Shown piece by piece: positions 13,587 to 22,172 of a stretch of DNA of 24,000 nucleotides. Below the pieces are notes generated by a model. That model was not told where the DNA came from. It saw only the letters and a list, made by a program, of their open reading frames with translations, and searched no databases. How positions within the stretch are numbered: the stretch's first letter is position 1; each line of letters opens with the position of its first letter. The position numbers and the translations under genes were made by a program. Source of the DNA: Streptomyces sp. CB01881 (lineage in GTDB: Bacteria; Actinomycetota; Actinomycetes; Streptomycetales; Streptomycetaceae); assembly GCF_002953255.1 (NCBI RefSeq), contig NZ_CP026498.1:647130-671129 (forward strand). Direction: 5' to 3'.

Positions 13587-14503
13587 TCAGGCCGTGATCC
13601 AGTCCTCGACCGGGATGACCGGCGTGACCCCCGGGCGGTGGACGGTGCCCTCGATCAGGCCGTACATCCGGTCGGCGGCGTAGTAGACCTCGTTCTCGTT
13701 CTTCAGGCCGAACGGCTCCAGGTCCACCAGGAAGTGGTGCTTGTTGGGCAGGTTGAGCCGGACCTCGTTCACCTCCGGCCGGTGCGCCAGCACCCGGTTG
13801 GCCATCGCGTACAGGGTCTGCTGCAACGAGTACGAGTACGTCTCGGCGAAGGCCTCCAGCAGGTGGCGGCGCGACTCGCGGTAGGAGCGGTCCCAGTCCG
13901 CGTCCTTGCCGTCCGTGCCGGTGAGGGCGTGCGCCCAGCGGGCCGTCACCTTGGTGGCCAGGATCCGGTCGTAGGCCTCCTGAAGGGTGGTGTACCGGTC
14001 CTTGATGTAGCCGTGGAACTCCGAGGCGGTGGAGTTGAGGACGGTCAGGTCCTTCAGGCCGGAGACCACCTGGAAGCGCCCGGTGGCACCGGAGTAGGTG
14101 ACCTCCGCGGTGCGCACCTCCTGGCCCTTGCGGGCGAAGGAGTGGCGCTGCTTGTCGGTGGTGACGATCCGCTCCCAGGCGTACTCCTCCAGCCGGATCC
14201 GCGCCTCGTGGACGACGCCCTGGGACTCCACGAAGTGCTTGGCCAGCAGCAGCCCGAACGCCTCCGGCGACTCGACGCCGTGCTCCTTGGCGAAGGCGTA
14301 CACCGTGTTCTTGGTGGTGTCGGTGGGCAGGCAGTGGCCGTTGTCGCCGGTGAAGTGGACCGCGTCGAACTCGCCGCGCAGCGCGACGGAGACGTTGAGG
14401 TCCCTGATCTCGTGCCAGGTACCGTCGCCACCCTTGCGGGTGATCTTGACGATGCGGTTTCGGCCTTGCCGTACTGGTTCTGCGCGAGCACGTTCTCGTA
14501 CAT
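13587..14503 (-). pseudogene. pucL: Urate oxidase (factor-independent urate hydroxylase), broken by one single-base deletion near codon 16
   Basis: ATG 14503 (SD GAGGAG) gives MYENVLAQNQYGKAE, then the frame shifts. The main ORF continues NRIVKITRKGGDGTWHEIRDLNVSVAL...TDTTKNTVYAFA...SEFHGY...YTTLQEAYDRILAT...LQQTLY...LPNKHHFLVDLEPFG...EVYYAADRMYGLIEG. The minus strand reads GAAAC at 14458-14460 where GAAAAC would restore a 305-aa uricase. Confidence 0.85.
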
Positions 14504-14522
14504 CGTGTCCAGCTCCTCGGTT

Positions 14523-14559
14523 CTGCGGATGCGTGCCCGGTCGCACGCCTCGTCCGCAG
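14523..14559 (-). promoter_or_regulatory. Two-tier hairpin 4 nt upstream of the uricase SD
   Basis: Minus strand: CUGCGGA-CGAG-GCGUGC-GACCGG-GCACGC-A-UCCGCAG (7-bp outer and 6-bp inner stems), followed by AACC-GAGGAG-N9-AUG. Confidence 0.4.
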
Positions 14560-14872
14560 GCCCTGGGTGGCGGACCTCGGCGGGAACGGGCGGTGCGGCC
14601 CGGGGTGAATCCCGCACGCCCGGCGTCCGGCGCCCTCGGGGCGCCCCCCGCCGTCCGGCCCGGTCGGGGCCGCCCCGGGACTGATGTCCATCCCGGTCCG
14701 TTGGAGACCCGCACATACAAACACAGCCCCCGGCCGACCCGCCAGGGTGTGGTTTCACCTGAGTACGGGTACGCGGCGTGGCGGTGGTTCGTCTGTTCCG
14801 CCGATTCCGGCGCCGGGGACACCGCGAACTCGCCGCCGCGAACTCGCCGCACCTCGCCGCCAACGACCGCCC

Positions 14873-16795
14873 TCACGCCAACGGCCGGCCGAGGACGTAG
14901 ACCGTGCGGACCACCACCGCGGCGGAGAACACCAGCAGGTGGTAACCGATCAGCGCGTACAGGCTCAGGTCGCCCGTCACCATGGGCCCTCCCCGCAGGC
15001 CGAGCAGTTGGACCCCGGTGACGCCGAAGAAGATCCCCAGGAAGGTGAACAGCACCCGGCTCAGCAGTTCGCCGGCCACCCGGCGGTCGCGCGGGTCGGA
15101 CAGCAGGCGGACGTTCACCGCGAGCCGGCCCTCCTCCAGCGCGCTGCCGATCCGGTCCAGCCGGCGCGGCAGCCTCCGCAGCACCGGCAGCAGGGTGAGG
15201 AGTTCGTCCTGGGCGGCCTCCCGGGCGCTGCCCGGCGCCAGCCGGTCGCCGAGCCGGGCGGCCGCGTAGGAGCGGGAGGCCGCCAGCATGTCGAAGCCGG
15301 GGCTGAGCCGCAGCAGCGTGCCCTCCAGCGTGCCGAGGGCGCGGAACACCGCGGCGATCTCCGGCGGGACGGCCAGCCTGAAGTCGGTGACCAGCCGGAA
15401 CAGGTCGGTGAACATCTGCACGTCCGGCGCCGAGCCGTGGCCGAGGTGGCGGGCGCTGAACTGGCCGAGCGCTCGCTGCAACCGCTGCTCGTCGACGTCC
15501 TCGGGGCGGTCGGTCACGTCCAGCAGGGCGTCCCGCAGGGCGGCCGGATCGGCGCGGTCCACGGCCAGGAAGAGCCCGGCCATGGCGTCGCGCAGCCCCG
15601 GGTCGATCCGGCCGACCGAGCCGAAGTCCAGCAGCGCCGGACGGCCGTCCGGCTGGAGCAGGATGTTGCCGGGGTGCGGGTCGGCGTGGAAGACGCCGTC
15701 GCGGACGACCTGGTTGAGCAGCGCGGTGAACAGGGTGTCGGCGAGCTCGCGGCCGTGCTCCTCGTCCGTGGGCCGCGCCTGGCCGAGCGGGGTGCCGTCG
15801 ATCCTGGTCATCACCAGGACGCGTTCGGTACTCAGCGCCTCGTGCACCTCCGGCATCGTGACGCTGTCATCGCGGCGGGCCTCGGCGGCGCGCCGGACGG
15901 CCGTCATGTTCCGTGCCTCGACCCGGAAGTCGAGTTCCTCGCGCAGGGCGACCGCGAAGCCCTGCGCCAGTTCCACCAGGCCCAGGCTGCGCCCCCAGTC
16001 GGTGCGGGACTGGAGGGTGGCCGCCAGTCGGCCGACGATGTCCAGGTCGCGCTCGACGAGTTCGCGGACGCCGGGCCGCTGCACCTTGACGATGACCCGG
16101 GTGCCGTCCGCCAGCACCGCCGCGTGCACCTGGGCGATCGAGGCGGCGGCGAGCGGACGGTGGTCGAACTCGGCGAACACCTCCGTCGGGGCGGCGCCGA
16201 GCGCGGCGACGAGCTCCCGCTCCACCTCCGGCCACGGCGCGGGCGGGACCTGGTCCTGGAGCCGGCTCAGCTCCTCGACGTACGGCGCGGGCAGCAGGTC
16301 CCGGCGGGTGGACATCACCTGGCCGAGCTTCACGAACGTCGTGCCGCCCGCCTGGAGCGCCTGGCGCAGCTCCTGCGCCAGCAGTTCGTGCCGCGTCCCG
16401 CCGTCCTGGCCCCGGCCGCGCAGGTAGGGGCCGAGGCCGTGCCGCCCGGCGATGCCGACGATCTTGGAGTAACGGCGCATCCGCGCCAGCCGCCCGCGCA
16501 GCGACTGCGGCCAGGAGAGCGGGCGGACGCTGCCCGCCGGCACCACCAGGTCCAGGACGACCAGTGTCACCATGGCCACCAGCAACGCGATGGCGATGAG
16601 CAGCGGGCTCAGCACGAGCCGCTGCTCGTCCCGCTGGAGCTGGTTGCCGAGCAGGCCGCCCGCGGTCGAGATCCCGATCACACCCGCCGCCACCGCCCGG
16701 GACAGGCCGGCCTCGATGCCGAGCAGCCGGCGCCCGAGCAGGGCGGGAGGCACGACCAGCACGAAGCCGCCGACCAGCATGCCGATGATCCACAT
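14873..16795 (-). CDS. ABC1/UbiB (AarF) family atypical kinase, membrane-anchored
   Basis: FVKLGQVMSTRRDLLP, AAASIAQVHAA, VIVKVQRPGV, FHADPHPGNILL and LLDFGS motifs, plus N- and C-terminal TM helices. I prefer ATG 16795 (MWIIGMLVGG). The track start is 16834. Confidence 0.9.
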   Translation of the reverse strand: MWIIGMLVGGFVLVVPPALLGRRLLGIEAGLSRAVAAGVIGISTAGGLLGNQLQRDEQRLVLSPLLIAIALLVAMVTLVVLDLVVPAGSVRPLSWPQSLRGRLARMRRYSKIVGIAGRHGLGPYLRGRGQDGGTRHELLAQELRQALQAGGTTFVKLGQVMSTRRDLLPAPYVEELSRLQDQVPPAPWPEVERELVAALGAAPTEVFAEFDHRPLAAASIAQVHAAVLADGTRVIVKVQRPGVRELVERDLDIVGRLAATLQSRTDWGRSLGLVELAQGFAVALREELDFRVEARNMTAVRRAAEARRDDSVTMPEVHEALSTERVLVMTRIDGTPLGQARPTDEEHGRELADTLFTALLNQVVRDGVFHADPHPGNILLQPDGRPALLDFGSVGRIDPGLRDAMAGLFLAVDRADPAALRDALLDVTDRPEDVDEQRLQRALGQFSARHLGHGSAPDVQMFTDLFRLVTDFRLAVPPEIAAVFRALGTLEGTLLRLSPGFDMLAASRSYAAARLGDRLAPGSAREAAQDELLTLLPVLRRLPRRLDRIGSALEEGRLAVNVRLLSDPRDRRVAGELLSRVLFTFLGIFFGVTGVQLLGLRGGPMVTGDLSLYALIGYHLLVFSAAVVVRTVYVLGRPLA

Positions 16796-17114
16796 GTTCC
16801 CGGTCCCCCGTTGGTTGCACCGGCGGCCGCGCACACCGGTGCCCGGCGCCGACGGCCCACCGGCGGACTCCCCCTCCGCCTCGGCCGTGCGGCCGGGACC
16901 GCGCCATCATGCCACCCGCAGGGCGGGTGCCCGGCCCCGGGGTGCGGGCATCCGTCAGGGACATGACGCATCGTCACGGCCGGGACGCCGCAGGGCACCG
17001 GGAACCGGCCGGGCCGCCCCGGAGAAGCAGCCGACCTGGCGTCGGGTAAGTCGAACGCCGCGCTCCCCCGGTAAGGGTTCGAGCTCCACCGCCGCCCGGC
17101 TCCGGACCGGCAGG

Positions 17115-17139
17115 CAAATTGGATTCCTGGAGTCGTATT
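17115..17139. promoter_or_regulatory. NsrR-type box upstream of nsrR (inverted orientation relative to the hmpA box)
   Basis: The reverse complement AATACGACTCCAGGAATCCAATTTG matches the hmpA-proximal box at 20 of 25 positions by hand count. It is an AT-rich island ending 15 nt before GTG 17155. Confidence 0.6.
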
Positions 17140-17154
17140 AGATAGCCTTCGAAC

Positions 17155-17598
17155 GTGAGGCTGACCAAGAGCACCGACATCGCCCTCCGCATCGCCATGC
17201 GGCTGGCCGTCCTCGACGAGGGCGCCAACCCGACCACCCGCGAGGTGGCCGAGGCCGTCGGCGTGCCGTACACGCACGCGGCCAAGGTGGTCAGCCGGCT
17301 CCAGCACCTCGGCGTGGTGGAGGCCCGGCGCGGGCGCGGCGGGGGCCTGGTCCTCACCTTCGCCGGCCGGACCGGCTCGCTCGGGCTGCTGCTGCGCGAG
17401 CTGGAGGGCGTCGGTGACGTGGTCGGATGCGAGGACGAGCCGCCGTGCCCGCTGCGGTCCGCCTGCCGGCTGCGCGGGGCGCTGCGCACCGCGCAGGAGG
17501 CGTTCTTCGCGACGCTCGACCCGCTCTGCATCGGCGACCTGGTCGCCTCCCCCACCGGACCGGTCCTGCTGAGCCTCACCGGCAGGCCCGCCGACTGA
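17155..17598 (+). CDS. nsrR: Rrf2-family NO-sensing [4Fe-4S] repressor NsrR
   Basis: Rrf2 wHTH is TTREVAEAVGVPYTHAAKVVSRLQHLGVV. The three-Cys cluster motif GCEDEPPCPLRSAC (Cys92/98/104) and Asp8 are present. It is immediately upstream of hmpA, as in S. coelicolor. Confidence 0.9.
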   Translation: MRLTKSTDIALRIAMRLAVLDEGANPTTREVAEAVGVPYTHAAKVVSRLQHLGVVEARRGRGGGLVLTFAGRTGSLGLLLRELEGVGDVVGCEDEPPCPLRSACRLRGALRTAQEAFFATLDPLCIGDLVASPTGPVLLSLTGRPAD

Positions 17599-17672
17599 CA
17601 CACCCGTTCCGACCGGCACACCCACCCCACCCGAACCGCCAAAGCCCGGAGCCGGGGCCTCGCACGCCCAAA

Positions 17673-17697
17673 AATACGACTCTCAGATACCAATTTG
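17673..17697. promoter_or_regulatory. NsrR-type box upstream of hmpA
   Basis: AATACGACTCTCAGATACCAATTTG ends 11 nt before ATG 17709 and abuts the SD GGAG. The motif is shared with 17115-17139. Confidence 0.65.
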
Positions 17698-17708
17698 GAG
17701 CGAACCCG

Positions 17709-18923
17709 ATGCTGTCCGCCAAGTCCGCCGAGGTCGTCGAAGCCACCCTGCCCGTCGTGGGCGGTGCCATCGGCGAGATCACGCCGCTGTTCTACAAGAA
17801 GCTCTTCGCCGCCCACCCGGCGCTGCTGCGTGACCAGTTCAACCGGGGCAACCAGGCCAACCAGAGCCAGCAGCAGGCACTGGCCGGCTCGATCGCCGCG
17901 TTCGCCTCGGCCCTGATCGCCCACCCCGACCAGCGGCCGGACGCCATGCTCGCCCGGATCGCCCACAAGCACGTCTCGGTCGGCATCAGCAACGAGCAGT
18001 ACCGGGTCGTCCACGAGCACCTGTTCGCCGCCATCGTCGAGGTGCTGGGCGAGGCCGTGACGCCCGAGGTGGCCGCCGCCTGGGACGAGGTCTACTGGCT
18101 GATGGCCAACGCGCTGATCGCCGTCGAGGACCGCCTGCGCGCCGGGTCCGCCGCCGCACAGGGCGGTGCCCCGGCCGCGCTGTGGCGCCCGTACACCGTG
18201 GTCGCCCGCTACCAGGAGACCGACGACGTGACCACGTTCCTGGTCCGTCCGGCCGACGGCGGCCCGGTGCCGCCCTCCCGCCCCGGCCAGTACGTCTCGG
18301 TGCGCGCCACCATGGCGGACGGCGCCCGGCAGATCCGCCAGTACAGCCTCTCCGGGAACCCGGACGGCGCGCTCCAGTTCACCGTCAAGCGGGCGACCGC
18401 CGCAGCCGCCGGCGGGCCGGTCGGCGAGGTCTCCACCCACCTGCACGACCACGTGCACGCCGGGGACGTCCTCGACATCGCCCCGCCGCTCGGCGACGTC
18501 GCGCTCGCGGACGCCGACGGGCCGGTGCTGCTCGCCTCGGCCGGCATCGGCAACACCCCGATGACGGCCATGCTCTCCCACCTCGCCGCCACCGGTTCCA
18601 CCCGGACGGTGATCTCCGTCCACGGCGACCGCGACCAGCTCTCGCACGCCTTCCGCTCCGACCTCGGCCAGCTCACCGCCAAGCTGGCGAACGCCACCGC
18701 CCACGTCTTCTACGAGCAGCCGCTCGGCGACTGGCCGCAGGAGCGCACCGGCCTCGTCGACCTCTCGACGGTGCCGGTCCCGGCCGGGACCACCGCGTAC
18801 CTGTGCGGCCCGCTGCCCTTCCTGCGCTCGGTGCGGGAGCAGCTGCTCACCGCGGGCGTCCCGGCGGCGTCGATCCACTACGAGGTCTTCGGTCCCGACC
18901 TCTGGCTCGGCCAGGACGCCTGA
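17709..18923 (+). CDS. hmpA: Flavohaemoglobin (NO dioxygenase)
   Basis: N-terminal globin region is MLSAKSAEVVEATLPVVGG...HKHVSVGI. The FAD motif is RQYSLS, the NAD motif is ASAGIGNTPM, and the C-terminus is YLCGPLPF...YEVFGP. The upstream part of track ORF 17427-18923 is read-through. Confidence 0.95.
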   Translation: MLSAKSAEVVEATLPVVGGAIGEITPLFYKKLFAAHPALLRDQFNRGNQANQSQQQALAGSIAAFASALIAHPDQRPDAMLARIAHKHVSVGISNEQYRVVHEHLFAAIVEVLGEAVTPEVAAAWDEVYWLMANALIAVEDRLRAGSAAAQGGAPAALWRPYTVVARYQETDDVTTFLVRPADGGPVPPSRPGQYVSVRATMADGARQIRQYSLSGNPDGALQFTVKRATAAAAGGPVGEVSTHLHDHVHAGDVLDIAPPLGDVALADADGPVLLASAGIGNTPMTAMLSHLAATGSTRTVISVHGDRDQLSHAFRSDLGQLTAKLANATAHVFYEQPLGDWPQERTGLVDLSTVPVPAGTTAYLCGPLPFLRSVREQLLTAGVPAASIHYEVFGPDLWLGQDA

Positions 18924-18993
18924 CCGGCCGGGTCGCTTGACCGGCCCGGGCGCCTGAACGGCCGGGAAGGTCCGAACGGCCGCGGGTGTGCGC

Positions 18994-19021
18994 GTGCAGG
19001 CGGGTGGCGGCCCGCCTGCAC
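18994..19021 (+). terminator. Perfect 11-bp-stem hairpin after hmpA
   Basis: GTGCAGGCGGG-TGGCGG-CCCGCCTGCAC, 70 nt after the stop. Confidence 0.65.
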
Positions 19022-19052
19022 ACGCACGCGCACCCGCCCGTCCGCGCGCACA

Positions 19053-19075
19053 CCCGCGCACCCGGCGCGGCACCC
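19053..19075. repeat. 23-nt motif CCCGCGCACCCGGCGCGGCACCC, copy 1 (upstream of lutA)
   Basis: Exact match to 23129-23151. It contains the 6-bp inverted repeat CCGCGC/GCGCGG. Confidence 0.6.
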
Positions 19076-19168
19076 TCCCGCCCGCCCGGCCCGCTCGGTA
19101 GCATCGCTGCCGCACGATCACCGGCGGGCCGGCCGACGGCTCCCCGACCACCGGCGCAGGGAGGGGCG

Positions 19169-19930
19169 ATGCGGGTCGCGCTCTTCGCCACCTGCGTGAA
19201 CGACGCGCTGTACCCGTCCACGGCGATCGCCACCGTCCGGCTGCTGGAGCGGCTCGGGGTGGACGTCGACTTCCCGGCCGCGCAGAGCTGTTGCGGGCAG
19301 CCGCAGTTCAACACCGGCTACCGGCGGGCCTGCGAGCCGCTGGTCCGGCGGACGGCGCGCGCGTTCGCCGGCTACGACCACGTGGTGACGCCGTCCGGCT
19401 CCTGCGTGGCGATGGTCCGTGACAACTACCCGCGGATCGGGGCCAGGGCCGCCGCCGAGGGCCGTGGCGCCGGCCTCGCCGACCTGGTCGGGCAACTCGT
19501 GCCACGTGTGTACGAGTTGACCGAGTTCCTGACCGATGTGCTGGGCGTCGAGGATGTCGGCGCCTCCTTCCCGCACACGGTGACCTACCACCCCTCCTGT
19601 CACGGGCTGCGGGTGCTCGGCCTCGGCGAGCGGCCCCGCCGGCTGCTCCGGGCGGTCCGCGGGCTGGAGCTGGTGGAGCTCCCGGGAGCCGAGGAGTGCT
19701 GCGGCTTCGGGGGCACCTTCGCGGTGAAGAACCCGGCCGTCTCGGCGGCGATGGGCGAGGACAAGGTGCGCAGCGCCCTCTCCACCGGCGCCCGGGTGCT
19801 CTGCGGCGCCGACAACTCCTGTCTTCTGCACCTCGGCGGGATGCTGCGCCGCCGGGGCGACGCGTTGCGCCCGTTGCACCTCGCCGAGATCCTGGCGAGC
19901 ACCGAGGCCGAACCCTGGAGGCCGAGTTGA
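19169..19930 (+). CDS. lutA: L-lactate utilisation protein LutA ((Fe-S)-binding, two CCG domains)
   Basis: MRVALFATCVND, QSCCGQP, HPSCH and EECCGFGGTFAVK motifs. SD GGGAGGGG lies upstream. Confidence 0.9.
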   Translation: MRVALFATCVNDALYPSTAIATVRLLERLGVDVDFPAAQSCCGQPQFNTGYRRACEPLVRRTARAFAGYDHVVTPSGSCVAMVRDNYPRIGARAAAEGRGAGLADLVGQLVPRVYELTEFLTDVLGVEDVGASFPHTVTYHPSCHGLRVLGLGERPRRLLRAVRGLELVELPGAEECCGFGGTFAVKNPAVSAAMGEDKVRSALSTGARVLCGADNSCLLHLGGMLRRRGDALRPLHLAEILASTEAEPWRPS

Positions 19931-21465
19931 GCCGCCCCGCCTTCCTCGGCCTGCCCTCGTTCCCGGGCAGGCACGCCCGCAACGCACCCGCCCCGGGCGG
20001 CGTCGTGACGGGCGGCACCGGAACGGTCGGCGCCGCACCGGGCGGCGCCGTCACGGGCGAGCCGTTCCCGGAGGCCGCCGCCCGCGCCACCCGGGACACG
20101 ACGCTGCGCGCCAACCTGCGGCACGCCACCCACACCATCCGCGACAAGCGGGCCCGCGCGGTGGCCGAGCTCCCGGACTGGGCCGGGCTGCGTGCGGCCG
20201 GCAAGGCGATCAAGGACCACACGCTGCGCCATCTCGACCGCTACCTCGTCCAGTTGGAGGAGGCCGTGACGGCGGCCGGCGGCACCGTGCACTGGGCCGC
20301 CGACGCGGACGAGGCCAACGCGATCGTCACCCGGCTGGTCCGCGCGGTCGTCGGTCCCGACGCCGGCGAGGCCGAGGTGGTCAAGGTCAAGTCGATGGCC
20401 ACCCAGGAGATCGGGCTGAACGAGGCGCTCGCCGCCGCGGGCATCACCGCGTACGAGACCGACCTCGCCGAGCTGATCGTGCAGCTGGGCGACGACCGGC
20501 CCTCGCACATCCTCGTCCCGGCGATCCACCGCAACCGCGCCGAGATCCGGGAGATCTTCGCCGGGCGGATGGCCTCGTGGGGGCGGCCGGCGCCCGAGGG
20601 ACTGATCGACGAGCCCGCCGAACTCGCCGAGGCGGCCCGGCTGCACCTGCGCGAGAAGTTCCTCCGCGCCCGGGTCGCCGTCTCCGGCGCCAACTTCATG
20701 GTCGCCGAGACCGGCACGCTGGTGATCGTGGAGTCCGAGGGCAACGGCCGGATGTGCCTCACCCTGCCGCGCACCCTGATCTCCGTCGTCGGCATCGAGA
20801 AGGTGGTGCCGACCTGGCGGGACCTGGAGGTCTTCCTGCAGCTCCTGCCGCGCTCCTCCACCGCCGAGCGGATGAACCCGTACACCTCGTTCTGGACCGG
20901 GGTCACCCCGGGCGACGGCCCGTCGGAGTTCCACCTCGTGCTGCTCGACAACGGGCGGACGGCCACCCTCGCCGACGAGGTCGGCCGCCAGGCGCTGCGC
21001 TGCATCCGCTGCTCGGCCTGCCTCAACGTCTGCCCGGTCTACGAGCGGGCCGGCGGGCACGCGTACGGCTCGGTGTACCCGGGGCCGATCGGCGCCATCC
21101 TGACGCCCCAACTACGCGGCGTCACCGGCCCGGTGGAGGCCTCGCTGCCGTTCGCCTCCTCGCTCTGCGGGGCCTGCTACGAGGTCTGCCCGGTGGCGAT
21201 CGACATCCCCGAGGTCCTGGTCCACCTGCGCGAGCGCGTCGCGGCGCAACGCGGGCACCGGCTGGAGCGGGCGGCCGTCGCGGCGGCCGGCTACGTGCTC
21301 GACCACCCGGAACTGCTCCGCGCGGCCGAGCGCGCGGCGGCCCGGACCAGGCGCTTCCACCCGCGCCGCCTGCCCGGACCGGGCCGGGCCTGGACGGACA
21401 CCCGGGACCTCCCGGAGCCGCCGCCCGAACCCTTCCGCGACTGGTGGCGGAGGAACCGCCGATGA
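19927..21465 (+). CDS. lutB: L-lactate utilisation iron-sulfur protein LutB
   Basis: LUD domain (VKVKSMATQEIGLNEAL, ANFMVAETGTLVIVESEGNGR) plus two 4Fe-4S motifs, CIRCSACLNVCP and CGACYEVCP. The proposed TTG 19927 start overlaps the lutA stop (TTGA). The alternative start is GTG 20005. Confidence 0.85.
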   Translation: MSRPAFLGLPSFPGRHARNAPAPGGVVTGGTGTVGAAPGGAVTGEPFPEAAARATRDTTLRANLRHATHTIRDKRARAVAELPDWAGLRAAGKAIKDHTLRHLDRYLVQLEEAVTAAGGTVHWAADADEANAIVTRLVRAVVGPDAGEAEVVKVKSMATQEIGLNEALAAAGITAYETDLAELIVQLGDDRPSHILVPAIHRNRAEIREIFAGRMASWGRPAPEGLIDEPAELAEAARLHLREKFLRARVAVSGANFMVAETGTLVIVESEGNGRMCLTLPRTLISVVGIEKVVPTWRDLEVFLQLLPRSSTAERMNPYTSFWTGVTPGDGPSEFHLVLLDNGRTATLADEVGRQALRCIRCSACLNVCPVYERAGGHAYGSVYPGPIGAILTPQLRGVTGPVEASLPFASSLCGACYEVCPVAIDIPEVLVHLRERVAAQRGHRLERAAVAAAGYVLDHPELLRAAERAAARTRRFHPRRLPGPGRAWTDTRDLPEPPPEPFRDWWRRNRR

Positions 21466-22154
21466 CGACGCACCGCCCTCCGGGCTCCCGCGAGCTCGTC
21501 CTCGGCCGGATCCGCGCCGCGCTCGGCACCGGCCGTCCGGCGACGGGCGACCGGTACGCCGCGCCGGCCCCGGACGAACAGCCGCTACCCCGCGACTACT
21601 TGGCGAGCCACGCGCCGGCGGACGACCCGGCGGCCCTGCTCGACCTGCTGCACCACAACCTCGCCGACTACCGCGCCGAGGTCCACCGCTGCCCGTCCGC
21701 CGGGCTGCCCGCCCTCGTCGCCGCGCTCCTCGCCGCGCGCGGCTCGCGCAGCGTCGCCGTCCCGGCCGACCTGCCGCCGGCCTGGCTCTCCGCGGCGACG
21801 GCGGTCGAGGCGCGACCGGACGACGGCACCCTCACCGCGGCCCGGCTGGACCGGACGGACAGCGTGCTGACCGGCTGCGCCCTGGCCATTGCCGAGACCG
21901 GGACCCTGGTCCTGGACGCGGGCCCGGCCCAGGGCCGCCGCCTGCTGACCCTCGTCCCCGACCACCACATCTGCGTCGTCCTGGCACCCGGGCAGGTGGT
22001 CGCCTCCGTCCCGCTCGCCCTCCCCCGGCTCGACCCCGCCCGCCCGCAGACCTGGATCTCCGGCCCGTCCGCCACCAGCGACATCGAACTCGACCGGGTC
22101 GAGGGCGTGCACGGCCCGCGCACCCTGGAGGTCGTGCTGGTCACTCCGGACTGA
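21462..22154 (+). CDS. lutC: L-lactate utilisation protein LutC (LUD domain)
   Basis: ATGA overlap with the lutB stop. It contains AIAETGTLVLD and SATSDIELDRVEGVHGPR. Confidence 0.9.
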   Translation: MTTHRPPGSRELVLGRIRAALGTGRPATGDRYAAPAPDEQPLPRDYLASHAPADDPAALLDLLHHNLADYRAEVHRCPSAGLPALVAALLAARGSRSVAVPADLPPAWLSAATAVEARPDDGTLTAARLDRTDSVLTGCALAIAETGTLVLDAGPAQGRRLLTLVPDHHICVVLAPGQVVASVPLALPRLDPARPQTWISGPSATSDIELDRVEGVHGPRTLEVVLVTPD

Positions 22155-22172
22155 CGCCACCGCGCCGCCCGC

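Noticed and set aside
12766-14876. 652-aa ORF 12766-14724 (-) and 429-aa ORF 13587-14876 (-), taken at face value.
   Set aside because: Only the 3' 149 codons of the first (cupin) and the 3' ~290 codons of the second (uricase) carry motifs and a proper SD or start. The upstream extensions cross intergenic DNA and are Arg/Pro/Gly junk.
14684-19151. 760-aa ORF 14684-16966 (+), 725-aa ORF 16974-19151 (-), and 365-aa ORF 15867-16964 (-).
   Set aside because: They overlap the clearly recognisable ABC1/UbiB kinase, nsrR and hmpA genes on the other strand or frame. The products are Arg/Gly/Pro-rich with no motifs.
19118-22160. Minus-strand ORFs across lutABC (19118-20038, 19308-20222, 19600-21111, 20241-21026, 21585-22160) and the plus ORF 20577-22154 upstream of 21462.
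   Set aside because: These are shadow frames of lutA, lutB and lutC. Only the portion of 20577-22154 from ATG 21462 onward (LutC) carries family motifs.
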